Assembly (NCBI GenBank): GCA_964016885.1
Contig: OZ024740.1
Span: forward strand, 165,850,001 to 165,914,000
Length of the DNA: 64,000 bases
DNA from: Eledone cirrhosa
Lineage: Eukaryota
Reading direction: 5' to 3'
This document shows, in pieces, positions 1 through 13,033 of the stretch. The notes beneath the pieces are model-generated. The model saw nothing but the letters and a program-made list of their open reading frames with translations, did no database searches and was not told the origin of the DNA. Each line of letters starts with the position of its first letter. Position 1 is the first letter of the stretch. Position numbers and translations under genes: made by a program.

Positions 1-414
1 ACTGCGATAACTGCGTTAGTATCATGTCTGCAGCAATTAAATCATTAATTTTAACTTTTATTTAATTAAATTGTCGCAGCAACCAGCTGATAATAAAAGA
101 TAGCGTATGTCATTAGTAATAAATGCTATAATATTGCAACTCTTTCAATACTAATTGTTAGAATTTTCGGTTGAAATCATCAACCAAGCTAAGTAAAATT
201 AGATTAAAGAGGCTTTCAAAGTGAAATGCTTGCGTGTGAAACCCGATAAAATACTTCAGAATTTCTAATTGGTCGGAAAGTTCTATTTTCTTAATAAAAG
301 TTGAGTTGACTGCGAGATTAAACATTAGAAAATCAATTAAGTTAATTAAGCTTTGATTAAAGTACAGTATACATGATCGTGAAACATATATGGAATTAAA
401 GAAAACACACGCAC

Positions 415-656
<242 letters not shown>

Positions 657-1224
657 GACACACACACACACAACGACACAGCACTTTTGAATTAAAAATA
701 AATACAGAAAGCTAGAGAATATTGAAATAGCATTGGGTGAACGTTTCACCCATATACGCATATTTTGTTACCCAGTAGACTAGAGCAGCCATCATTTATA
801 ACGACACAACATGGCTATTTTCTTTCTTATTCTTGTTTGTTTTCCCCCTTTCGATAAGCTGCATAATAAATAGGTTATGTTTACAGGTGTTCACAGCATG
901 TATGTTCCCTCCACCTCTGTTTATACACGACTGACATTTTCAAGTAATTTTCAAGTACTGCTAGCTTTGATGGATTTTCCTTCTGGTACGCCCAGTTCGT
1001 GGGACAATGCTACATACTTGGCATCCTAGATTAGAATATCGTTGTTTTCACTAAACCGAAAATAGGAGAGAGAAAATGAGATATACAATGTGTAATCCCC
1101 TAGTAAATCTGTATTGTTATTTTTCGCGCGCATACACACACTCACTCACTCTTTCTCGCTCTCTTATTCTCTCTCTCTCTCGTTTGCTCTCTCTCTCTCT
1201 CTTATTCCCTCTCTCTCTCGTTCG

Positions 1225-1263
<39 letters not shown>

Positions 1264-1745
1264 TCTCTCTCTTGTGTATGTGTATGAATTAAGAAACAGG
1301 ACATGATCTTTGTATTAAGAAACAGGGAATGATCTTTGCAGATAAAATCTAAGAAAACCTGTTTCCAAGGAGAGAAATATATATTAAAAAAAGATGTAAT
1401 ATAAGTATAAAGAAAGATTGAAATAATAAACCTAGTTGTGGAAAAATGTAAAGAAATTGTGATATTCTGTTCGCTCGCATAACAAACGAACATACTGATT
1501 GTATTAATATGTTTTTCATTTATGTTCCTACCCAGGAAGAGTACTTATAACATGTAACAACTTACGTCAAGCATAAACCTGAACATAGGAAAAATGGCTA
1601 TTCTAATATGCATGATATGCATTCGATGGCTGTGATTATATATATACTCGAACCAGCGAACATAAAGTCTTGGATCAATTTAACGTATATTTAAAAATAA
1701 TTATAAATTATAAACTTTGCAATGGATAAATATCAAAAGTAAATG

Positions 1746-2038
1746 GATGGTGGATTGGCAGTATCGGTAGAGGGTCGGACGCCATGCTTTATTGCATAGA
1801 GTTACGGCCCTTTTATGTTCTGAGTTCAAATCCCGCCGAGGTTAACTTTGCCTTTCTTCCTTACGGGGTCGATAAAATAAAGTACCAGTAATGTACTGGG
1901 TAATTTCTGGCCTTGTGCCAAAAGTAGAAACAATTATTTCTTTTCGTACACTGGGGTCGATTTAATCGAATTACCCCTCCCCTCAAATTGCCGGCCTTAA
2001 TTGTTGCTTAAATCACAAATCATTATTTTCTTCGTACA
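1746..2038 (+). mobile_element. tRNA-derived SINE plus a 5'-truncated second SINE behind its tail
   Basis: A-box tggcagtatcgg, B-box gagttcaaatcc, central gcctttc.tcct.cggggtcgataaaa domain (resembles the Meta/MESC SINE domain), tail agaaacaattatt. Confidence 0.85.
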
Positions 2039-2600
2039 ACGAAATACCTAAGAGTAGCATTTACATGGTACTCAAGTGGGTGTTCGTGGTATTTTCATGA
2101 TTCTCATATTTGAGTCTATTCATGTTGTTATGTATTTATATATATATATATATATACTTAAGCGTGTGTGTGTGTGTGTGTGTGCAATATAACACCTGAT
2201 ATATTTTTGTATTTGTGTTCTTTCCCTTGTTACTCTGTCTACTTTTCCAGCAATGACCATGCTGCTTAATGAATTTTCCTTCCAACCCTATCTACTTCTT
2301 TTTCTGGTGGGCGCAGTATAAAGGTCAAAGTCAGTAATGTCGTAAAGCATTCTCTCTGTTATTTGAGAAGGCTTAAACGGTCTGATAGTTTTTGTAGAGT
2401 AACTTTCTTTGAGTCGACTCTTTAAGAAACATTCACGTAGGTAACATGTCGATTTCGTTGTTCAGTTATCTGTTTGAGTGTCAAGCCATTTGTCAGGCTT
2501 TGGTGCTCGTGGTGGTGGTCGTGGTGGTGGTCGTGGTAGTGGAGTTGGTTCAGAACATTCTTGATGGGTGCTCTAATTTACAATAATTATTCTATAACAA

Positions 2601-2790
2601 GGGCGGTGGATTGGCAGTATCGGTAGAGGGTCGGACGCCATGCTTTCCAGCATAGTTACGTCCCTTTACGATCTGAGTTCAAATCCCGCCGAGGTTGACT
2701 TTGCCTTTCATCCTTACGGGGTCGATAACATAAAGTACCAGTAATGCACTGGATAATTGCTGGCCTTGTGCCTAAAGTAGAAACAATTAT
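2601..2790 (+). mobile_element. tRNA-derived SINE, full length
   Basis: Same family; TSD aattattctataaca at 2585-2599 and 2785-2799. Confidence 0.9.
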
Positions 2791-5700
2791 TCTATAACAG
2801 ATTTTCAGAATAAGCATATCACTGTCTTTTTCTAAAGATACACTGTTGTAAATTGGGGGTCAGCGGAAGGAAGTTAGTGCCATCCAGGACACTCCACTTG
2901 GCGCGGACCCGATATGCATATGCGCGTGCGCATGTTTGTGTCTTCCACCGATTTTTTTTTTTTTCGTAAATCTAACAAATGATTGTTTCTACTTTTGGCA
3001 CAAGGCCAGCAAATACCAGTACATTACTGGTACTTTAAATCAAACAAATAATGTCATTTTGGGATTGATTTATAGAAGACAAAGGAAATCATAATGCTTT
3101 TTTTTTTAGTGCATGTGTACAAAGAGAACGTAAACTGTTCTGATACCCAGCCGTCATCAAAAGGTGCTTAACATTAGAATCAATGATCACAGCTCGGATA
3201 GAGTAGCTAAACTGAAATAAAACTTCAGACTCTGGTTAGAAAGTGCATATTATACATATTGTCTATTTACAGCTAGGTAGGCTAAATAAATTTACTTCTC
3301 GATAGGGTGTCTCCTCCAAAAGCGTCTATATATTTTTAAGGGGCCAGGAAATAAGTAAATTTGTGCCCGACTCTTTATTTACTAGACGATCTTTGCACAG
3401 AATTAGTCATCTGTATAGCTAATTATACTAAATCTTAGCTGTTGCCCATTTAACAATCTCTACTGTATTCTCATTTCCTATTACTCCCTAACTAATCTTA
3501 CTCCCCCCACTCTTTTACGAAGAGTGGACATCACTGTAAAGTAAGAAAATGGTGTCAATCTTTGTCATAGCCAATGAGTGAGGGGTCAATAAAGTCAGTA
3601 TTCGTTTTGTAATTCCTCTCACGTTGTACATTCAAATATTCGAATCACTCTATTGGTATGATTCTGTTGTTCAGAGAGGCGTAAAGTTATTCTAAACATT
3701 AAACTGCTCACCCGCACTGCTGTTCTAAGCCCTTACGGTGGGTTTCTTCAATTTGCTTTACTTTCTCTCTCTCTCTCTCTCCACCCCTCCTTCCCCCTTC
3801 TTTAGCCTTTTTGTTTATTTTTCTTTTTTAGCGTTACTTATTCAAGCTGGTTTTAAACAGTGGAAACTTTGAGATTTGTAAAGGAAAGACACTTCACATC
3901 TTATCTGTCAGGGATTGCCGCCAACAAGAAATCCTAAACCAGTAAATTTGTTTTGTGTAAAATGATTATCATGGGGCTATTTTGGTAAGAAAACAGCAAA
4001 TGTATTATGAATACTTGTTGTTGCTGAATAAATAAATGGAGCTGTTAACTTTTGATGCAGATAAATATAAATAATACTGTCACCCGTCTCTAGAAAACTT
4101 AACATAATATGAATGCAGCAATTATTTCGTCTTCGTGTTAGACTTTGTTTTTGTTAAGATAACATGTATACCTCCATAGTTAAGGTATCAATAAGCTAGA
4201 CTGACTTTACGTTTATCATCGAAATGACGATTTGCTTTGGAAATCACGCTCTAGTGCTCTGCGAAGTATGTTAAAAGGTTGCTGTTCTGAACATAAACGG
4301 ATCTCTTTTATAACGAATAAACATATGAAATAGGCATTTGATAAACAGTTTTTATTCACACAAGAATAACTCCTCCAATAATAGTAGCAGTAGTATTAGC
4401 AGCAGCAATAGTATTAGTAGGAGCAGAAGCAGCAGCAACATCATAAACGACAGCTGCAAATGCTGAATGTGATGTAGTTATCGTGTGTTGAAAGAAAAGT
4501 AAAATGTGCGTGGTATATACGTCAAGATATGTTAAATTCTTAGAGGTGAACGGTTTAATATTAAAATAATGATAAACAATAAACATACTATTAAATAATA
4601 TAAGTAAAAAATAGTAATTATCATTTTGATATTATTACTGTTGTTTCTGAAAAGATGACTGAAAAGATCAGGAGGGCACATAAAAAATGGTATTTTTATA
4701 TACTAATTGCCTGGAGATTAACATTTGTTTTTTTTCCGTTTTCCTAGGTCGATAATATAAAGTACTAGTTAAGCAATGAGGTTAATATTAACACTTTTCG
4801 CCTCCCCTCAGATTGTTAACATTGGGCCTATATGTTATTATGCAAGACAGATCCAGAAGCCAGTCGAATCTAGTTTGAAGTTCAAACCACATCCTTCCTC
4901 TGGTAAAGAAGAATTAATAGTCATTTTCTGTCCGGCTGTCGTGGCGAAGGGAGTGGTATAGGGGCCATGCCTGAAAGGTTTGAGAAAAACACCCAGGTCA
5001 AATCCACAAGTTCTTCTTATAACTCTTGGGGAGTAATCCAACATAAGGGAGAGTGGGAACTTTCCAGTAACACCACTGGGTGTGTAGCAAAAATAGTGTG
5101 ACTAACTGGGTTCACGTTATTATGGGGCTTTAGGCTGGCGTCATCAAATGGCTGAAGCAATTGCATTTGGTGTGTTAGGGTTATCGGTCATTGTATTCAG
5201 GGCTATATGGTTTATTTCCATGTTTGTGGGATCGTCTTCTTGTTTCCTATGTTGTTTTGTACTATTTGTTCTAATCATTCTCACATCTAATTTATAAATG
5301 TACTCGTATTGCTCTGGCTAATCCCACCCTACTATTCAATGGAAGTTCGCCAACTTAACTTGTTTGTGTTTCCTTGTGTATTTCGCTTTTGTACTGTCCT
5401 TAAAATTCTAGGGCAATGGGATCAATAAAAGAAATGATTACCAATCTGTTTGTGTCTAAAACGGTTAGCTATGTTTGCTTCAGTCTCCCCCTTTTTGTTT
5501 TACTATGAAATTTTTGAATTTTCACTATTATCTTATGATATATATAAGTTGATTTACTTTATAGAGAACAAAGAATAGGCGTCGCTATAGTGGTTGCAGC
5601 ATTAAATAGATATGCTTCACACATTACAAGCAGATACAAAGAATTTAATATAGATTTTAAAGAAATGATACACAGTAGATATATAAGTAAATTAACCACC

Positions 5701-6293
5701 ACGCACATACAGATACTGCAAACATTGTATGAGGGAAAACAATGTTAAAAACAACAAAAATATGGGTATATGGTGTAGTGTATGCAGTTGTTTATGTAAT
5801 TAGATGTAAGTCAAATTTTGGTAGATTATTTGAGCTTTAAAAACCGAGTCTAAAAGTGCCGATTACGATATATATTGGAATGGGTCAGTTTCTAATTTAC
5901 ACACATTGTTGTGTAGTCAAATCGTTGATTTACTGGTTCTTATTCATGTACATGTATATGTAAAAGTAAAAGTGAAAGTAAAATAAAGCATGCATAACAC
6001 ATATAGTTATTCCGGGAAAAACATGCAACAGAGACCATACAAATATAGATACGCATACGCTTTCTAACATGCGCGCGCGCACACACACACATACACACTC
6101 ATATATATAGACATATATATATATGTATGTGTGTATATATATATATATATATAGAGAGGGAGAGAGAGAGAGGGAGAGAGAGAGGGAGAGAGAGAGGGGG
6201 AGAGAGAGATACACTTACATAAGATACATATATACATGCTCACCCTCACATTTATTGCTTCCTTCATGCACAAACGTGCATGCTTACACACAC

Positions 6294-6355
<62 letters not shown>

Positions 6356-7064
6356 CTCTCTCTCTCTCTATCTCTCACTCTCTCTCTTACACACATTCAC
6401 ACACACATCATATACACTCGCAGACAATTCTTCAGCCATCAATTGTCCAATATCTATAAACTATTGCGAATGTCAGTAATTATTGCATTCTCTCGAATAA
6501 ATTCCGTCGCTAACATTGCAATAAGGGATGTTTGCAAAGAGGCATGCATAGGCAAGCACCAACACGATAGGGAACATTCCATGAAAAGGGGACACTTCTT
6601 CTTGCCTTACCCCTGCGTAGCTATTCCTATGTGTCGGGTGCTGAACATTCTTCAACGTGTTAATTAATCGCTGGATGCGCACGACAACGATTTTTTAAAG
6701 TCACAGACACACACATAATCTCCATACAGATATTTTCATTTACACACATAATGCTGTTAGTAGCTGGATGGGTGCGGGGTATAGTGAATGTAAAATTATG
6801 GTTGAAAGAGATTGAGAAAGAGAGACAAAGCTAGAGTGACAGACTGAAAGAGACGGAGAAAGAAAGGGATGGTAGTAAAGAGATAACTACTGGCAGGATA
6901 AGGGGATTTTAGTAAATGAAGTCGTACAAGGAGGGAGAAAAACTGAATTCATAAGAAAGGTCATATGCAAAGCCAGCTTGTTTAATAGCTAAATACACAC
7001 ACACGCACGCACACACACACACACACGCACGCACACACACACACACACATACACACACACACCC

Positions 7065-7095
<31 letters not shown>

Positions 7096-7681
7096 ACACA
7101 CTCACACACACACACATATATAAATATAATATTCTTATTTTAATATAGTAATGACTTCTACTATAGAAATGATTTCTATTATATATATTTAACAGTCGAT
7201 CGACAAGTTCCCAGACATCATTCGCTTAACGAGTGCGGTGGACCTCGTCAAATCGGACCGAGGAAACAATGTGTCCATTAGACTTTCAAATTGTTAATTC
7301 TGTCTACCAGTCCCAAATGCAGACAGAAGGAGCAACATGAAATATAGTGTCTAGCTCATAAAGCATTGCATCGCCCGAACTCACAACCTCACGATCGTGA
7401 ATCAACTTCTCTATCCACTCAGCCACGCGCCTTCATGTGCGCGTGTGTGTGAATCCTGGGGTCAATCGAGGCTAACCAAAGTACCTAAGGTACCGAATAA
7501 GTTAGTCGAGTGTAAATATCAAATACAATGTAGAAATGGCTTCTACACGACTAGAACTGTTTCATTCGAAAGAAAACATTTCTATAGAAGTCATTACTAG
7601 AGTAAAATAAGTATTCTACTAACGTATTAAGTACGTTTTTTCACTGAGGTCACCTACCGATATACATCGGGAATCCACCTA

Positions 7682-7743
<62 letters not shown>

Positions 7744-7792
7744 CATCATATATATGTGTGTGTGTGAGTATGTATATATATATTTGTATATA

Positions 7793-7864
7793 TACTGGTT
7801 GGTTGTTTGTTCTATGTGCGTGTGTGTTTTCCTTTTGTCCTTAATTGTAAGTTGTGATGTTGCT

Positions 7865-7949
<85 letters not shown>

Positions 7950-7982
7950 GTGTGTATATATATATATATATGTATATATATT

Positions 7983-8013
<31 letters not shown>

Positions 8014-8572
8014 TTGTGTATATATATATGTATATATATTTGTGTATATATATATGTATATATATTTGTGTGTATATATATATGTATATATATTGGTGTA
8101 TATATATATATGTATATATATTGGTGTATATATATATATGTATATATATATATCACAGCAACATCACAACTTACAATTAAGGACAAAATGAAAACACACA
8201 CGCACATAGAACAAACAACCAACCAGTAACATGTAAATAAACAAATAAATAAACAAATATAAACACACACAGACACCCGGATGTAACACATGCGCAAACT
8301 AAGCACACAACACACACAAAAACAAGATGACGTAGGACAGAACAAAAGAGAGGCACAAAAACAATGAAAATAATCCCCAGTCACTGAAGATGTCACATAA
8401 TGTGTGACGAAAGAACTTTGACAATATATAAACAATCATCTGGTTGTGGAACCAACCAACCAACCGGAAATTGATAAATTCCTAAATTTATAAATTTATT
8501 ATAATAAATTGAAGTGAAAGCGGTGGTGCATGTGTTTCTTATTGGCAACATGACCCTCCCAAAGTATAGCAA
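7793..8572 (+). mobile_element. PLE-pLTR-like fragment with an inverted 76-bp segment and a hammerhead
   Basis: 7793-7868 is the reverse complement of 8153-8228 across a TA-rich spacer; the 3' part (8476-8572) matches the 57570-57753 palindrome arms; ends in (TA)n. Confidence 0.7.
8380..8422 (+). ncRNA. Minimal hammerhead ribozyme
   Basis: gtca-CTGAAGA-t-gtcaca(taatg)tgtgac-GAAA-g(aa)c-TT-tgac. Confidence 0.7.
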
Positions 8573-9134
8573 TATATATATACAAAAATATATATATAAA
8601 AAAAAAATATATATATATATATATACATATATAACGGATATTGACAGAGTGGACAGTGGTGATGTAAGCCATTCTACTGAGAATAGTGGTCCCTGTGAGA
8701 ACGTTGATACGATATTAAACGTTGATGGCAGTTGCCACTAAACATTGGTGGCAGAAATAACGTTGGTGACAAAAATGACGGCGGTGGTGTTGGTAGCATT
8801 GTTGCTAACTGAGGGGTCTGAAAGTATGGTGGTTATTGTTGTGGCTGGTTGTAGGCGTGGTGGTCGTAATGGAAGGGAGAAAAGAGGGAGTGTAATGATG
8901 GTGCTAACGGTGGTATTAGTCCTGTTAATTATAGTGTGGATAGTAATTGTGGTCGTGACAGAAAGTATATGTGGAAAGTAAACGAGAAGTAGTACCGAGG
9001 GAAATTCGAAAATAGTTTTATTTAAAATATCTCTGTCCTTCTTTAATGCTTCGTCTTTGAAAAACGGACTGTTTACTGTACAATTGTAGATACTGTCTCC
9101 CTCTTTCTCTCTCGTTCCTCCAGTCACTCTCTTT

Positions 9135-9249
<115 letters not shown>

Positions 9250-9798
9250 CCTCCCTATCTCTCTCTCTCTCTCTATCTCTCTATCTCTCTCTCTCTCCCT
9301 TTCTGTCCACTGATTGTTTATGTTTCTCCATCTCTGACTGATTGTCTGTCGGTCACTGCTTCTCTCTTTCACCCTCTCTATTCATCTGTCTTCTCTTTTC
9401 TTTACTTTACTCTCTCTCTCTATTCATCTGTCTACCCTTTTCTTACTTTACTCTCACTCTCTATTCATTTGTCTTCCCCTTTCTTGTTTTACTCTCTCTA
9501 TTCATATGTCTTCCTCTTTCTTTTCTTTACTCTCCCTCTCTCACAAACATATGAAAAAATGTAACGTCGCCTTACTTGTAGTCCAGTAGTGAGCACGTCA
9601 TCCAAAATTAAAAAAAACTTGTAAGATGCATATATGTGAAAAAGTGTCACTTATGTCGCTTATGTGGTCCATTCAATTAAACCGAAACATATCTGAGGTT
9701 GACTCCCGAGCTAATTGAAAGAATTTATACAATATTAGTTATTGAATATATATTATTTTTAAAATTACACAGCCATATTCACATTCATTATTTTTTTT

Positions 9799-10320
9799 TC
9801 TGAGTTCAAATCTCGCCGAGGTTAACTTTGCCTTTCATCCTTACGGGGTCGATAAAATAAAGTACCAGTAATGCACTAGGTAATTGCTGGCCTTGTGCCA
9901 AAAGTAGAAACAATTATTTTTTGTGTATAATTTAGGCTGTGGATTGGCAGAATTGGTAGAGAGTCGGACATGCTTTTCTAGTATAGTTACGTCCCTTTTC
10001 GATCTAAGTTCAAATCCCGCTGAGGTTAAATTTGCGTTTCATCCTTACGAGGTCGATAAAATAAAGTACCAGTAATTGCTGGTCTTGTGCCAAAAGTAGA
10101 AACAATTATTTTTGTGTATAATTTAGGCGGTGGATTGGCAGTATCTGTAGAGGGTCGGACGCCATGCTTTGCAGCAAAGAGTTACGGCCCTTCATGGTCT
10201 GAGTTTAAATCCCGCCGAGGTTAACTTTGCCTTTCATCCTTACGGGGTCGATAAAATAAAGTACCAGTAATACACTGAGATAATTGTTGGCATTGTGCCA
10301 AAAGTAGAAACAATTATTTT
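9799..10320 (+). mobile_element. Three head-to-tail SINE copies
   Basis: One truncated and two full copies separated by the repeated spacer attatttt(t)tgtgtataattta. Confidence 0.88.
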
Positions 10321-11237
10321 TTCTAAAACATTACATTTCAATCATCTGTATGGATGGTCACTTCTTTTAATTAAAAATAAATAAATAAATAAATAAAATG
10401 TGAACGGCACTGAATTTGCAAGGTCACACTATGACGATAATTCCCTGTCAGAAATAACATTTAATTGAACATGACACCAAATTGAAGGCTTCAATCCTCT
10501 ACATGATTGAAGCCCTTCCATTTAATGAAGAAGAAAGGAGATTATTCTGAAAGCTTAACCTTTTCGACGCCAAATCGCCTGAAACTGCACCTGGTACTGA
10601 ACTCTTTGTTTCGAATTGTTTACATTTATCTAAAGATGTCCATCATGATTTCCTTAACATGAGTTCCGAACGCCAGTTTAATACTAGAATTAAATTCCTC
10701 CAAATTCTTATCATCAATATTATTTGAAAATCATAGACAGAAGCTTTTCTTTAAAATATGCAAATGAAATGATTAAACAAATGCACTATTAAACTTGTAA
10801 CATGTGTCCTCCCACATCTAAGACACACATAAGAAAAGAAACAGAAAAACTTCAATATGTGTAAAATATTCATTTAAACTATGGACAACATGTGATTGCA
10901 TAAAAAAGTTATTATTTGAAGATTTCCTACTATCCTTATGTTCCGAATTTGTAATAAAGACCATTGAAAGTTGATTCATTAATTAAATTACATCTAAAAA
11001 ACAACACTCATTAAGAGCAAAATTAATCATTCAAAGCAACTCGAATCTTCTATATTTGATAGATTTTATTCCCACATTGCAAGGTACGATATTATTTTTG
11101 ATGATGATTTGTCCCACCTCAGTTCTGACCGAGAAGTGCTACGATAAAATATTTTTCAGTCATGGTCATCACATATTATTTTCAAGCATAATTGGTGTAG
11201 GCCTATAAGATTCATTGTTTCAATTTTTTATATCGAT

Positions 11238-11409
11238 TAGGGTTTTCCAAACTTTTTCAAACGCGGAACACTTTTTGGTTCAGAAACTTTTGGGGGAACC
11301 ACAAAATCTAATACTGTTATATGGTCGTAAGATAAATATACTCCTCTACCTTTTCACGCAGCCCCAGGCACTCCCTTGGGTTCCGCGTAACCCACTTTGG
11401 GAACCAGTG
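11238..11409. mobile_element. hAT/Charlie-type MITE, decayed
   Basis: Ends tagggttttccaaac / ctttgggaaccagtg resemble cagtggttcccaaa TIRs; internal gcggaac and gttccgc subterminal motifs. Confidence 0.55.
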
Positions 11410-12081
11410 GTATGATATAATCTACGGAGTATGTAGTTGCAATTTATAGCAAATTGATCAGCTATTTAGAAGCTACCTCTTTAAATTCGAAAATATGTTG
11501 ATATTATTGGTTCATCAAAATGTATTTAATATAATTAGCTGCTGCGAAATGCGTCATGCAAATTTGACATGAGTTATTAACAAATGGCTCTTTCATATAT
11601 TTTACCATTCGCAACCAAATCAAGATCACCGCTAGGCCTCTCAAGCGTATTCTCAAATGAATGGCAACACCCCAATACGTTAGATACTATACTCTTCATA
11701 TTGACTCTCCTAAGAAGTAATGACTTGATTTGTTCTGCAAAAGTCCACTCATTATTCTCATAATGTTGGTTTCAGTCATTAGATTGCGTCCATAATGGGA
11801 CACCGCTTTCAAGTAATTTAATCAATCATAACAATCCCTACTACTCAAGGGCATTTTTTTAAGACCACAACTTTACGGGACATAAACAAAGGCACACTCA
11901 CATAAATACATACACACACTCACACAAATACATACACACACTCACACACTCAAATACATATACATACATATATGGTGATTGCTTCATCTTTGCAGATGAT
12001 TGCCATCTCCCTATGCACCCCCATCAACCGTCACCAACTTTAAACGTTCATGGCCGTTCATGGCCTCTTACATACAAATAT

Positions 12082-12156
<75 letters not shown>

Positions 12157-12683
12157 GTGTGTGTGTGTGTGTGGATGTACGATGTGTTTCTGTAGTTTCT
12201 ATCAATTCCAGTTACAAGGTATTGGTCAAACTGAGAAGACAGCAAGACAAAGTGCTACGTAGTGAGACTGAAGAAGAAAGCACGTGTTGAGAAGTGAACT
12301 CTGTAACTATGCAGCCATGCCTTCACCTATGAATAATTACTATCACTTTACATTAGTTATCTCTCACTATATCACTTTTTAGATAGAAATTTTGATAAAG
12401 ATCACTGTTAATTAATTACAACCTCAACGGCAGCAGGTGTAGCAAGAGAAACAATTAGAGCATAACAGAATTTAGTAAATGCATGAAAACGTTTCAGAAA
12501 GTAACAATAGCAACATAACAAATATACACTACTGCTATCTAGCCTCAAGACCTATTAACTGCGTTAATTAACATCATCATCAAAACATATCATTACTAAC
12601 AAAAGAAGCATTATTGACGAAAGCAAACCTCATCTCCACTTTCATCGTCACCCCCTTCTCCATTTCACACATACATATTCACG

Positions 12684-12747
<64 letters not shown>

Positions 12748-12956
12748 ACGAAGGAAATGTGGTAAGGAACCAGGTGGACCATAACGCACCAAAGTACTCA
12801 ATACTTAGGGTAGTAGAGTGGGTAATAGGAACAAGTAAGACCCCCGACGGCTGAGCTCAAGCCGTTTCGACGGCTAATTCAGAATTAACCGTCGAAACGG
12901 CTTGAGCTCAGCCGTCGGGGTCTTACTTGTTCCTATATATATATATATAACTTGTT

Positions 12957-12960
<4 letters not shown>
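12748..12960. repeat. Palindromic PLE 3'-end fragment (half-hammerhead in each arm) in (TA)n
   Basis: 12825-12880 is the reverse complement of 12882-12936; contains GAAA-cggct(tgagctc)agccg-TC-gggg; same family as 22977-23033 and 56540-56590. Confidence 0.85.

Positions 12961-13033
<73 letters not shown>

Noticed and set aside
9799-10320. CRISPR-like or satellite array
   Set aside because: The units are tRNA-derived SINE copies found dispersed elsewhere in the window.
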